DNA of 64,000 nt, taken from the NCBI GenBank assembly GCA_044229975.1, contig JBGARZ010000012.1:32001-96000 (forward strand), read 5' to 3'. Of the stretch, positions 1-9,110 are shown piece after piece; the first letter of the stretch is position 1, and every line of letters begins with the position of its first letter. The notes under the pieces are model-generated. The model saw only the letters and a program-made list of their open reading frames with translations. It was not told the origin of the DNA and did not search any database. The position numbers and the translations under genes were made by a program. This DNA is from Polyangiales bacterium. GTDB taxonomy: Bacteria; Myxococcota_A; Polyangia; Polyangiales; Ga0077539.

Positions 1-1068
1 CGTCAACGCCCGCTCGACGAAGCTCCGCAGCTCGCGCACGTTGCCCAGCCACGGCCGCGCCGACAGCTCGCGCAAGAGGTCGGCCGACAGCGCCCCCGCC
101 GCGCCCGGCGGCAGGAAGTGACGCGCCAGCACGGGGATGTCCTCCACCCGCGCTCGCAATGGCGGAACCGTCACCGGCAACACCGCCACGCGGAAGTAGA
201 GGTCCTCGCGGAAGGCGCCCTGGTTGATCATCAGCCGCAGGTCGCGGTGCGTCGCCGCCACGAAGCGAACGTCCACCTTCCGGTACGCCGTCTCGCCCAG
301 CCGCCGCACCGAGCGCGACTCGATCGCCCGCAACAGCTTCGGCTGCATCGCCAACGGCAGCTCGCCGATCTCGTCGAGGAAGACCGTCCCACCGTCGGCC
401 GACTCGATGGCGCCCGCCCGCGCCGCCACCGCGCCCGTAAACGCGCCCTTCGCGTGGCCGAAGAGCTCGCTCTCCAGCAGGTGCTCGGGCAGCGCGCCGC
501 AGTCCACGATCACGAAGGGCTGCGCCGACCGCTCCGACGCGGCGTGGATGGCCTCGGCCACCACCTCCTTGCCCGTCCCCGTCTCCCCTTGGATGAGCAC
601 CGACGCCTGCGAGGTCGCCACCCGCGCCAGCCGCGCGAAGAGCTCGCGCATCACCACCGAGCGCCCCAGCAACGGCCCGAAGGACTCCGCCGGGTGCAGC
701 TCCACGGCCGTCGCCGCGGTGGCGTAGGTGATCGACAACGTCGTCCCGCCGAGCGTCACGCGACCGCCCTCCGGAACCCGCGCCGAACCCACCAGAACGC
801 CGTCGACGAAGGTTCCGTTGCGGCTCCCGAGGTCGCGCACCCACGCCCCGTCGTCGCGCAGCTCCAGCTCGGCGTGCAGCCGCGACACCGCCGGGTCGGT
901 CACCCGCAGGTCCACCGCGGGCGCGCTCCCCATCACCATGCGACCCGCGAGCGCCACCGAGTGATCGCCCGCCACGTCGCGCCACTGCACCCGCGGCGAC
1001 CGGCGGCTCGCTGCCACCGCCGCGCCGAGCGCATCCCGCTGGATCACCGTCACGTCCGCGACCGTCAT
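1..1068 (-). CDS. FHA-domain sigma54-dependent enhancer-binding protein (3'-truncated by window edge)
   Basis: Manual translation from ATG 1068 (absent from ORF track): FHA motifs VSRLHAEL..VRDLGSRNGT; AAA+ motifs GETGTGKE, ESELFGHAKGAFTGA, FLDEIGE, FREDLYFR, WLGNVREL. Confidence 0.93.
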   Translation of the reverse strand, partial: MTVADVTVIQRDALGAAVAASRRSPRVQWRDVAGDHSVALAGRMVMGSAPAVDLRVTDPAVSRLHAELELRDDGAWVRDLGSRNGTFVDGVLVGSARVPEGGRVTLGGTTLSITYATAATAVELHPAESFGPLLGRSVVMRELFARLARVATSQASVLIQGETGTGKEVVAEAIHAASERSAQPFVIVDCGALPEHLLESELFGHAKGAFTGAVAARAGAIESADGGTVFLDEIGELPLAMQPKLLRAIESRSVRRLGETAYRKVDVRFVAATHRDLRLMINQGAFREDLYFRVAVLPVTVPPLRARVEDIPVLARHFLPPGAAGALSADLLRELSARPWLGNVRELRSFVERALT

Positions 1069-1087
1069 CGGCCCGACTCTACTCGCT

Positions 1088-2620
1088 TCATTCGGGCGTG
1101 AACCCCAGCGTCGTCGTCTCGCCCGGCGCGAGCGTCACCACGCGCCGCACCACGCCCGTCGACCCGTCCGTCGCGAAGCGCGCCGTCACCGTGTGCTCGC
1201 CCGCACCCAGCGCAAACGCGTGCGGCGTCCCGACCGGCGGCGATCCGTCCACCGACACCAGCGCGAAGGGCAGCGAGCTCACCCGCAGCGTCGCCCGCGG
1301 CGCCGCCGGCTCGACGCCCGCGTCGACGACCACCCGCCGCGTCGCCACCCGCGCGATCTCGTGCGCGACCACCACCGTCCGCGTCACACCGGCATCGGTC
1401 ACCGTCACCGTCGTGGGCGCGGCGTCCTCCGCCGTCACCAGCGCGTGGGTCATCGCCAGCGTCACCGGAGGCGTCGGAGGCGCGGCCGTCTCCTTCTTCT
1501 CGCGCCACGTCGCGGCCACCGCGAGCAGCAGCACCGCCGCCACCGCCGCCGTCACCACGCCCAGTCGCACCGTCCGCGGTCGGGTCTCTGGCGCCGCCGG
1601 AACCAACGACGCCCGCACCGCCCGCGGCAGCGCCGCCGTCTCGCTGCGCCGCGTCGCCACCTCGCCGGTCTCGCCTGAGGTTCCCAGCAATCCCGCCACC
1701 GCCGCGCGCATCTGCTCCCGCGCGTCGACCGCGCGCCGCACCCTCCCCGCGAGCCGCGGCTCCCCCGTCGACCACGCCGCCACGCCCTCGCGCACCACGT
1801 CACGCACCGCCGCCGCGCTCTCCGGCCGCTCTTCCGGCGACCGGTTCGTGCAGCGCGCGGCCAGTCGTTGCAGCGCCTCCACCGACGCGTCGTGCGCGTT
1901 GGGCGCCGCCGCGGTGAGCAGCTCTTCCAGCACGCGACCGAGGCCGTAGACGTCGGTGCGCGCGGTGACGGCCCGACCCTCCAACTGCTCCGGGGCGATG
2001 TAGCGCAGGTTGCCCACCACCACGCCGGTCGTCGTGTGCGCCGCGCCGTCGGTCGGTCGCGCGATGCCGAAGTCCGCGAGCTTCACCTCGCCGCCTCGCG
2101 AGAGCAGGAGGTTTTGCGGGCTCACATCGCGGTGCAGCACCGGCGCGGGCATCCCCCGATCGTCGACCGCGCCGTGCGCGGCGACCAGGCCCGCGGCGGC
2201 TTCGTGGATGATCCACCCGATCTCCGCGCCCGTGAGCCCGGCGCCCGGGTCGACCTCCATCGCCCCCCGAACGCTCTCCAACAACCCCGCGCCATCCACC
2301 CCGTCGACGTGCTCGACCGCGAGCCACGGACCCGCCGCGTCGGCGCCCGCGTCGAGCAGGCGCACCACGTTGCGGTGCTCGATGCGGGCGAGCGCGCGCA
2401 CCTCGTCGATGAAGCGCTGCGTGGTCGACGCGACGGACCCTCCCTCTTCCACCGAGCGAGGTCGCTTCACCACCGCGCGCTGCGTGACGTCGGCGAGCCC
2501 GAGGCGACGCGCGCAGAGCCACACCGTCCCCATGCCTCCACCGCCGAGCGAACGAATCACCCGATAGCCCATCGGCGGCGGAACCTCGGAGGCTGGAGCG
2601 ATGGTCGCGGGGAGGGTCAT
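1088..2620 (-). CDS. Membrane Ser/Thr protein kinase with C-terminal PEGA-like domain
   Basis: GGGGMGTV, HRDVSPQN, DFG, APE motifs; TM segment VVTAAVAAVLLLAVAA; C-terminal LRVSSLP..VSVDG..GTP..GAGEHTV. Confidence 0.92.
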   Translation of the reverse strand: MTLPATIAPASEVPPPMGYRVIRSLGGGGMGTVWLCARRLGLADVTQRAVVKRPRSVEEGGSVASTTQRFIDEVRALARIEHRNVVRLLDAGADAAGPWLAVEHVDGVDGAGLLESVRGAMEVDPGAGLTGAEIGWIIHEAAAGLVAAHGAVDDRGMPAPVLHRDVSPQNLLLSRGGEVKLADFGIARPTDGAAHTTTGVVVGNLRYIAPEQLEGRAVTARTDVYGLGRVLEELLTAAAPNAHDASVEALQRLAARCTNRSPEERPESAAAVRDVVREGVAAWSTGEPRLAGRVRRAVDAREQMRAAVAGLLGTSGETGEVATRRSETAALPRAVRASLVPAAPETRPRTVRLGVVTAAVAAVLLLAVAATWREKKETAAPPTPPVTLAMTHALVTAEDAAPTTVTVTDAGVTRTVVVAHEIARVATRRVVVDAGVEPAAPRATLRVSSLPFALVSVDGSPPVGTPHAFALGAGEHTVTARFATDGSTGVVRRVVTLAPGETTTLGFTPE

Positions 2621-2636
2621 TCGTGGAGTGGGGGTG

Positions 2637-3470
2637 TCAGTTCTCGCAGGCGATGGGGATGGTGCCCGTCGCGCCGGTGGTGGTTCCCCAGAGCGCGGTG
2701 GCGCTGCCGGTGAACGTCAGCGTGATGGACGGCGCCGGCGCAGCGGCCGTGATGGTCACCGAACCGCCTGCCTGCGGGCACCGGCCCATGCAGCTCCGGA
2801 AGCCCGCGAGGCGCGTCTCGAAGGCGCTGGCGGGCGACGTGGTGCGCCACTGTCCCTCGGCGGTCGCGCAGCGGGTCGACGGGTCCCAGGTGAGCGCGTA
2901 GTCGCCCTCGCGAACGAGGCGCACGTTGCGCCGGCTGGTGCTGGCGGTGCGGGTGTGGACGTCGAGGTTCCAGGGGCCACCGGGGCGCTCGGCGGCGGCG
3001 TCGACGGTGAGGTCGAGGTCGACGCTGGCGCCGTTGACCCGGAGGTCGTCGCTCTGCGCGGCGACGGTGATCGCCAGCGGGAGCACCCGCGTGACCTCGT
3101 AGGTGAGCGTGGCGGTTCCGTCGAGCGAACCGAGCCGCGAGCCGCCGGTGCAGCCGCGTAGGGTGAGGTCGACGGTGCCCGCGGCGGAGGTCGCGACGGC
3201 GCAGCCTTCGGGGCGGAAGGCCAGCGCCAGTCGACTCGCGACGAACTCCGCGACGCGCGCACGCGGCCCACCACCACCGGGCCCGGGCAGACCCGCCGGG
3301 GTGAGCAGACCGTCCGACGCGAGCACCACCAGCGAGCCTTCGATGAGCGTCGCCTGGATGGACTCCGCCGCGACGACGGTGGTCTCCGGCGGCGGCGGGT
3401 CGGCCGCGTCACCGCACCCCGCGAGCAGCGCCACGAGCGCGCCGGTCGATCGCAGACGCTGGGGCGGCAT
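2637..3470 (-). CDS. Hypothetical lipoprotein
   Basis: ATG 3470 preceded by GAGGAG SD; lipobox LLAGC; beta-rich with Cys pairs. Confidence 0.75.
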   Translation of the reverse strand: MPPQRLRSTGALVALLAGCGDAADPPPPETTVVAAESIQATLIEGSLVVLASDGLLTPAGLPGPGGGGPRARVAEFVASRLALAFRPEGCAVATSAAGTVDLTLRGCTGGSRLGSLDGTATLTYEVTRVLPLAITVAAQSDDLRVNGASVDLDLTVDAAAERPGGPWNLDVHTRTASTSRRNVRLVREGDYALTWDPSTRCATAEGQWRTTSPASAFETRLAGFRSCMGRCPQAGGSVTITAAAPAPSITLTFTGSATALWGTTTGATGTIPIACEN

Positions 3471-3629
3471 CGCTCTCCTCACGGGTCGCCATTCTTTCGC
3501 CAACCGTGCCGAAGGGGCAATCCCGGAGCTTTGCGTCACGGAAGGTACACGCCGGTGTCGACGATCAGCCGCACCTGTCGACGACGGACCACAGCGCGGC
3601 GCACCTGCGGGTTGCGGTACGCTGCGGGA

Positions 3630-4190
3630 GTGCGTTGGCGGCCGATGTTGGTGGGCGTCTGGGTCGCCGGGTGCGCGGAGCCGCGCGCGGTGACCGTTCG
3701 CGTGCGCCCGCCGGCCGTCGATGCGGGAGCAGCCTCCGCGGTCATCGCGCAGTTGCAGTCACCGGGCGAGCGCTGCGTCGCGCTGGGCATCGCCCCCCTC
3801 GGCGGAACCGACCAGCCCCCGCAGGTGAGCGTCGTCCGCACCACGGGGATCGTGGCGGAGGGCGCCCCATCGTGCTTCGGCGCGAGCGGTTCGGTGCTGC
3901 TGCGCGACCTGCTCCCGACGGCCTCGTACCTCGTCGAGATGGTGGTGCTCGATCCCGTCGACTGGAACGCTCCGCTCGCCGTCGACCGCGACCGCATCGT
4001 GAGCCTGCAAGACCTCCCGCTGCCCAACAACAGCGAGCCCACGCACATCTGCCTGTCCGACCCGGGGCGCGGTCGCGTGTGGCCGCCCATCCTCACGGCG
4101 GCGGTGGCCGCGTGTCGTGCAGCGCCGGTGGTGGGTCCATGCGTGATCCCGATGCCATACGGAGGGGTATGCCCCGTCGGATCACGCTGA
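3630..4190 (+). CDS. Hypothetical lipoprotein
   Basis: GTG 3630 (TACGCT 6 nt upstream), lipobox VAGC; start uncertain. Confidence 0.6.
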   Translation: MRWRPMLVGVWVAGCAEPRAVTVRVRPPAVDAGAASAVIAQLQSPGERCVALGIAPLGGTDQPPQVSVVRTTGIVAEGAPSCFGASGSVLLRDLLPTASYLVEMVVLDPVDWNAPLAVDRDRIVSLQDLPLPNNSEPTHICLSDPGRGRVWPPILTAAVAACRAAPVVGPCVIPMPYGGVCPVGSR

Positions 4191-5146
4191 CCCGCGGCTC
4201 ACTCCTCGCCGCGACGCTCGCGATGGCGCTCACCGCGCGGGCCGACGAGCGGGTGCTGTGGCTGCGCGAGGAGGGCGCCGTGGCCGACGCTCCGCCGGGT
4301 GCCATCGCGCCGGGTGAGGTCGCCCCGGAAGCGACCGCGAGCGACGTCGAGGCGCCCACGCGCGCGGCGCTGGCGGAGGCGCGGCGGTTGTACCTGGCGT
4401 ACTCGTTTGCGGAGGCCGCGGCGGCGTTGCAGACGGTGGGCGCGCGAGACGGCGCGGCGCTGCTGCGCGGGCACCGGGCGCTGGCGGTGGAGCTCGCGCT
4501 GTGGACGGGCGCGTGCGCGCAGCTCGCCGAGGACGCGGAGGGGAGCCGCGGGGCCTTTCGTCGCGCGCTGGCGCTGAGCCCGGAGGCGCGTCTGCCCGCG
4601 GGGGTGTTTCCGCCGGCGGTGGAGCAGGCCTTCGAGGAGCTGCGGCGCGCGGCGGTGATGGCGGGCGACGGTGCGCGGACGATACGCAGCATCCCGGCGG
4701 GGGCGCGCATCGAGGTGGACGGTCGCGCGGAGGGCGTGACGCCGGTGACGGTTCGATTGCCTGCGGGGGTGCACCACCTGCGGCTGGAGCGAACGGGCTA
4801 CCGCACGTGGAGCGGACCGTTGCCCATCGAGGGCGGCGCAGTGACGGAGGGCGAGGTGGTGCTCGCGGCGGTGCGCGGACCAGAGCTACGGGCGCAACTG
4901 CGGCGGCGGGAGGGGCTGTGGGAGGTGCCCGATGCGACGACGTTGGAGGGCATCCGACGGGAGTACGGCGTCGGCCACGTGGTGGTGGTGCGCCGCGACG
5001 GGACCACGCTGCGACACCCGGCGAGCGCGTCGTCAGCGCCAGTGTGGCCGTGGATCGTGGGCGGAGCGGTGGTGGCGGTGGGCGCCGGGGTGGGGTTGTA
5101 TTTCGCGCTGCGACCGGAGCCGGGGTTCAACATCGTCGCGCCTTGA
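4169..5146 (+). CDS. Exported TPR-like/PEGA-domain protein with C-terminal TM segment
   Basis: GGAGG SD before ATG 4169; signal peptide ending ARA; PEGA motif SIPAGARIEVDG..GVTP..GVHHLRLERTGY; PWIVGG..GLYF tail. Confidence 0.8.
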   Translation: MPRRITLTRGSLLAATLAMALTARADERVLWLREEGAVADAPPGAIAPGEVAPEATASDVEAPTRAALAEARRLYLAYSFAEAAAALQTVGARDGAALLRGHRALAVELALWTGACAQLAEDAEGSRGAFRRALALSPEARLPAGVFPPAVEQAFEELRRAAVMAGDGARTIRSIPAGARIEVDGRAEGVTPVTVRLPAGVHHLRLERTGYRTWSGPLPIEGGAVTEGEVVLAAVRGPELRAQLRRREGLWEVPDATTLEGIRREYGVGHVVVVRRDGTTLRHPASASSAPVWPWIVGGAVVAVGAGVGLYFALRPEPGFNIVAP

Positions 5147-5237
5147 GGGGCGGACCCCATTTCGGGTGCCATCGCGCCTATCGCCGGGGTTCGGGCGACG
5201 GGTGCAACGACCTTGACCTGTTGCCCTTGAGGGGCGA

Positions 5238-6680
5238 CTACCGCGCGGGCATGCGCAGCGTGCGCGGCGCGATCCAGTAGATGTCGCCGCTGTGGTCGTC
5301 GGCGATGAACATCCTTCCGTCGCGCGAGAACACCAGGTCGGTCACCCGCTGGCTGATGTTGCCGCTGCCGATGCCGAAGCCGCGCACGAAGAACTCGGTT
5401 GCGCGCGTGGGCCGGTGCGTCGTCGCGTCGACCGGGGCCCACTGCACGCCCGCGTTGCGCCAGCTCCCGACCTCGCCGTGCAGGCCCACGAAGTAGCTGC
5501 CACCGTACGGCGCCGGCCACGACGCGGGCGCCCAGTCGAAGCCGAAGGGCGTGTCGTGCAGCGGGTACGTCTGCACCGAGGCCGCGACGTCCGCGCACAT
5601 CGCCGCGGTGCCGATGCTCGGCGTGGGCATACCCCGATCGATGCAGCAGGGATAGCCGTAGCGGTCGCCCTGGCGGATCTCGATGAGCTTCTCGGTGCCG
5701 TGGTAGCTGTCCCAGCCGTCGTCGGTGAGCTCGGCGGCGTAGCAGGCGCCCCACTCCTTGCACCGGATGTACATCGGGTTGCGAAACCCCTCGACCACGA
5801 TGTCGCCGTTGAGGGACGCGCCCGCGCCGATGCGCAGCACCGAGCCCGACCGGCGATCGGGCGGCGGGCACGTCGCGCTGCCCCACTGACCCATCGACAC
5901 CAGCAGCCGGCCGTCGGTGCTCTCGGCCAGCGTGTGCGTCATGCGGATGGCGCCGTCGAGCTGCGCGATGCGCGTGTGGCTCGCGACCGGCGCCGTCACC
6001 GCGCGGTTGCCGTTGCAGTAGGGCGCCCGCATCACCGAGCTGCCGGTGGTGTAGAGGATCTCTTCGCGACGGAAGAGCATCCCGTGCACCTCCTCGACGC
6101 CGCTGAGGAAGTTGACGTTGCCGTCGGAGACGCCGTCGTGGTTGTCGTCGGGGGCAATCACGATGGCACCAAGGCCCGGCGCCGCGCCGCCCGACTGCGA
6201 GAAGCCCGGCGAGGTCACGAAGAGGTCGCCGTTGGGCGCGAACATCAACACACGCGCCGTCGGAACCGTTCCGTAGCGACGGATGCAGAAGCCCTCCGGC
6301 ACCGTCAGCCCGGCCACCGCAGGCAGCGGCAGGTCGCACCACGCCGTCCCCGTGAGCGGCCCCAGCGGAACCACCGGCGTACAGCCCGCGTCGACCGGCC
6401 CCGCGTCGGGTGTTGCCCCGTCGGTCGCAACATCCGCCGCCACGTCCGTCGGTACGTCCACCGCGCCGCCCGCGTCGACGACCGTCCCGGTGTCGGTCGG
6501 AGTCCCGGTGTCGACGATCGTCCCGCGGTCGGTGGGAGCGCCCTGGTCGGTGGCGATGGTCCCCTGGTCGACGGCTGCGCCGCGATCGGTGCTGGCATCG
6601 GCCACCACCGGGTCGTTGTCACAGCCCGCGGCGAGGCCCGAGACCAGCGCCGCCACACCAAGCATCAAGCCCGTTCGCAT
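5238..6680 (-). CDS. Glucose/sorbosone (PQQ-type) dehydrogenase-family beta-propeller lipoprotein, paralog A
   Basis: Lipobox LAAGC, D/T-rich linker, LTVPEGF, GFRNP, GDRYGYP, HDTPFG, DGRMFIADD motifs. Confidence 0.8.
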   Translation of the reverse strand: MRTGLMLGVAALVSGLAAGCDNDPVVADASTDRGAAVDQGTIATDQGAPTDRGTIVDTGTPTDTGTVVDAGGAVDVPTDVAADVATDGATPDAGPVDAGCTPVVPLGPLTGTAWCDLPLPAVAGLTVPEGFCIRRYGTVPTARVLMFAPNGDLFVTSPGFSQSGGAAPGLGAIVIAPDDNHDGVSDGNVNFLSGVEEVHGMLFRREEILYTTGSSVMRAPYCNGNRAVTAPVASHTRIAQLDGAIRMTHTLAESTDGRLLVSMGQWGSATCPPPDRRSGSVLRIGAGASLNGDIVVEGFRNPMYIRCKEWGACYAAELTDDGWDSYHGTEKLIEIRQGDRYGYPCCIDRGMPTPSIGTAAMCADVAASVQTYPLHDTPFGFDWAPASWPAPYGGSYFVGLHGEVGSWRNAGVQWAPVDATTHRPTRATEFFVRGFGIGSGNISQRVTDLVFSRDGRMFIADDHSGDIYWIAPRTLRMPAR

Positions 6681-6707
6681 CTGTGCAGTCTCCTCGCAGT
6701 CGTGTCG

Positions 6708-8060
6708 TCAGCGCGCGGGCATGCGCAGGGTGCGCGGCGCGATCCAGTAGATGTCGCCGCTGTGATCGTCGGCGATGAACATCCTCCCGTCGCGCGAGAA
6801 CACCAGGTCGGTCACCCGCTGCCCGATGTTGCCGCTCGCCGTCGTGCCGAAGCCGCGCACGAAGAACTCCGTCGGCCGCGTCGGCCGGTGCGTCGTCGCG
6901 TCGACCGGGGCCCACTGCACGCCCGCGTTGGTCCAGCTCCCGACCCAGCCGTGCAGGCCCACGAAGTAGCTGCCGGCGTAGGGCGCGGGCCACGTCGAAG
7001 GCGCCCAGTCGAAGCCGAAGGGCGTGTCGTGCAAGGGGTACGTCTGCACCGACTGCGCGATGTCGGTGCACGAGATGGGGATGCCCGACACCATGGGCGT
7101 CGGCCGCGCCCGGTCGATACAGCAGGGGAAGCCGTAGCGGTCGCCCTGGCGGATCTCGATGAGCTTCTCGGTTCCGCCGAAGCTGTCCCAGCCGTCGCCG
7201 GTGAGCTCGGCGGCGTAGCAGGCGCCCCACTCCCGGCACCGGATGTACATCGGGTTGCGGAAGCCCTCGACCACTATCTCGCCGTTGACCGGCGCGCCCG
7301 TGCCGATGCGCAGCACCGAGCCCGCGCGGGGGTTCGGGGTCGGACAGGCATTTTGATCGTGCTGACCCATGGACACGAGCAGCCGACCGTCGGTGCTCTC
7401 GGCGAGCGTGTGGGTGTAGCGGACGGAGTCGTTGAGCTGCGCGACGGTGTCGTGGCTGGCGCGAGGCGACGCCACGCGGCGGTCGCCGTGGCAGTAGGGC
7501 GCGCGCATCACGGTGTTGGTCGTGGTGTAGAGCACCTCGCGGTTGCGGAAGAGCAGCCCGTGCACGCTCTCGACGCCGTCGAGGTAGGTCACGTTGCCGT
7601 CGGAAAGACCGTCGTGGTTGTCGTCGGGTGCGATCACGATGGCGCCGAGGCCCGGCGCCGCGCCGCCCGCCTGACCCACGCCGGGTGAGGTCACGAAGAG
7701 GTCGCCGTTGGGCGCGAACTTCAGCACGCGCGCCGTGGGCACCGTGCCGTAGCGGCGGATGCAGAAGCCCTCGGGGACGGTGAGCCCGGCCACGGCGGGA
7801 ATCGGGAGGTCGCACCAGAAGCCACCCGTGAGTTCGCCGAGGGGAGCCGGGTCGGCGCAGGGGCCCACGTCGGTCGGCGGAACGTCCGCGATCGGCACAT
7901 CGGGCCGACCGCCATCGGTGGCCGGGGTGTCGCGCGGAAAGCCGCGGTCGTTGGGGAAGCCGACATCTTCGACGCCCGCTTCGAGCACCGGCGGCCTCGT
8001 GTTGGACGAACTACAGCCGACGACGAGGGCAAACGCGACCGCGGACGAAGGTCGAAGCAT
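6708..8060 (-). CDS. Glucose/sorbosone (PQQ-type) dehydrogenase-family beta-propeller lipoprotein, paralog B
   Basis: Lipobox LVVGC; same motifs as 5238-6680; near-identical C-terminal half (tandem duplicate). Confidence 0.8.
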   Translation of the reverse strand: MLRPSSAVAFALVVGCSSSNTRPPVLEAGVEDVGFPNDRGFPRDTPATDGGRPDVPIADVPPTDVGPCADPAPLGELTGGFWCDLPIPAVAGLTVPEGFCIRRYGTVPTARVLKFAPNGDLFVTSPGVGQAGGAAPGLGAIVIAPDDNHDGLSDGNVTYLDGVESVHGLLFRNREVLYTTTNTVMRAPYCHGDRRVASPRASHDTVAQLNDSVRYTHTLAESTDGRLLVSMGQHDQNACPTPNPRAGSVLRIGTGAPVNGEIVVEGFRNPMYIRCREWGACYAAELTGDGWDSFGGTEKLIEIRQGDRYGFPCCIDRARPTPMVSGIPISCTDIAQSVQTYPLHDTPFGFDWAPSTWPAPYAGSYFVGLHGWVGSWTNAGVQWAPVDATTHRPTRPTEFFVRGFGTTASGNIGQRVTDLVFSRDGRMFIADDHSGDIYWIAPRTLRMPAR

Positions 8061-8132
8061 GGTTGCCGTTGGAGTAGCGGGGTCGGGTTAGGGTGGCAAG
8101 AGAGGACACGATGCGATCTGACAAGACGACCC

Positions 8133-9053
8133 ATGGATGAGTCGGCGACGCAGCGACGGCGGGCGGGCGCGACGTTGTTCGTGGTGATGGTGGTCTCGGC
8201 CGTGGCGCTGGCCTGGCCGCGCAGGCGTGTCGCGCCGACCGCAGCCGTACCCCGAGCGGCCGTCGAGGGGCCGGTGAGCGCGGGGGCAGTGGTTCCGCGA
8301 GAGGCGCGCGGGGTGCTGCGCGTCGACGTAGCGGCGATGCGGCGGCAGCCGGCCTTTGCGAGCTGGTTCGAGGGCACGCGGGCCAACGACCCTTGCGCGG
8401 CGGCCATCGAGGAGCACGTCACGCGCGCCGTGGTGGTGTGGACGACGACGGCCCTGGAGGAGTTCGTCGTCGCCGCGGAGGGGAGCATCGACGAGGCCAC
8501 CTTCCGACGCTGCGCGGCCGTCCGACGGGGGCGCACCGTGGGCGTCGCGTCGCGCACCGAGGTGGGCCTGCGGGTCCTGGCGTTGTCGGTCGCCACCGAC
8601 GGCGGGGCGGACGGCGCGGAGACCTGGCGGATTCCGTCGGGGGTGGTGCTGCTGGGTCCGCCGTCGACGCTGCGGTCGATGCTGTTGGAGGCGCGGGCGC
8701 ACCCGACGGCGAGCGAGGTGACGGGCGAGCTCGCGGGCTTGTGGGCGGACGTTCCGTCGGGGGCGGTGATCGCGGGCGTGCGGCGGATGAACTCCGAGAC
8801 GGCGCTCGATCCGGCGCTGGCGCACGCGCGCTCGGTGAGCGTGTGGGTGACGGTCGAGGGCGGGTCGGCGGTGATCGGGGCGGTGGCGCGCTGCGACAGC
8901 GGCGCGGGGGCGACGGCGCTGGCCGCGGCGCTGACGACGGTGCGCGCGGCGGTGCCGGACTTCCGCGCGCAGGTCGAGGACGACCGGGTGCGGGTGCGGG
9001 CGACGCTCGACGCGGCGCGGCTCGAAGAACTCCGTGGTCTCCTCGGGAGTTAG
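8133..9053 (+). CDS. Hypothetical membrane-anchored protein
   Basis: 306-aa ORF with N-terminal TM helix TLFVVMVVSAVALAW; genome-typical codon use. Confidence 0.65.
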   Translation: MDESATQRRRAGATLFVVMVVSAVALAWPRRRVAPTAAVPRAAVEGPVSAGAVVPREARGVLRVDVAAMRRQPAFASWFEGTRANDPCAAAIEEHVTRAVVVWTTTALEEFVVAAEGSIDEATFRRCAAVRRGRTVGVASRTEVGLRVLALSVATDGGADGAETWRIPSGVVLLGPPSTLRSMLLEARAHPTASEVTGELAGLWADVPSGAVIAGVRRMNSETALDPALAHARSVSVWVTVEGGSAVIGAVARCDSGAGATALAAALTTVRAAVPDFRAQVEDDRVRVRATLDAARLEELRGLLGS

Positions 9054-9069
9054 AGGCCGTTTCGGGCGG

Positions 9070-9097
9070 TTGCGGGGGGAGGCGCTTCGGCTATGGT
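9070..9097 (+). promoter_or_regulatory. Putative sigma70-type promoter of P-type ATPase gene
   Basis: TTGCGG (9070-9075), 16-nt spacer, TATGGT (9092-9097), ATG at 9111. Confidence 0.45.
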
Positions 9098-9110
9098 GCG
9101 CGCCCACCGA

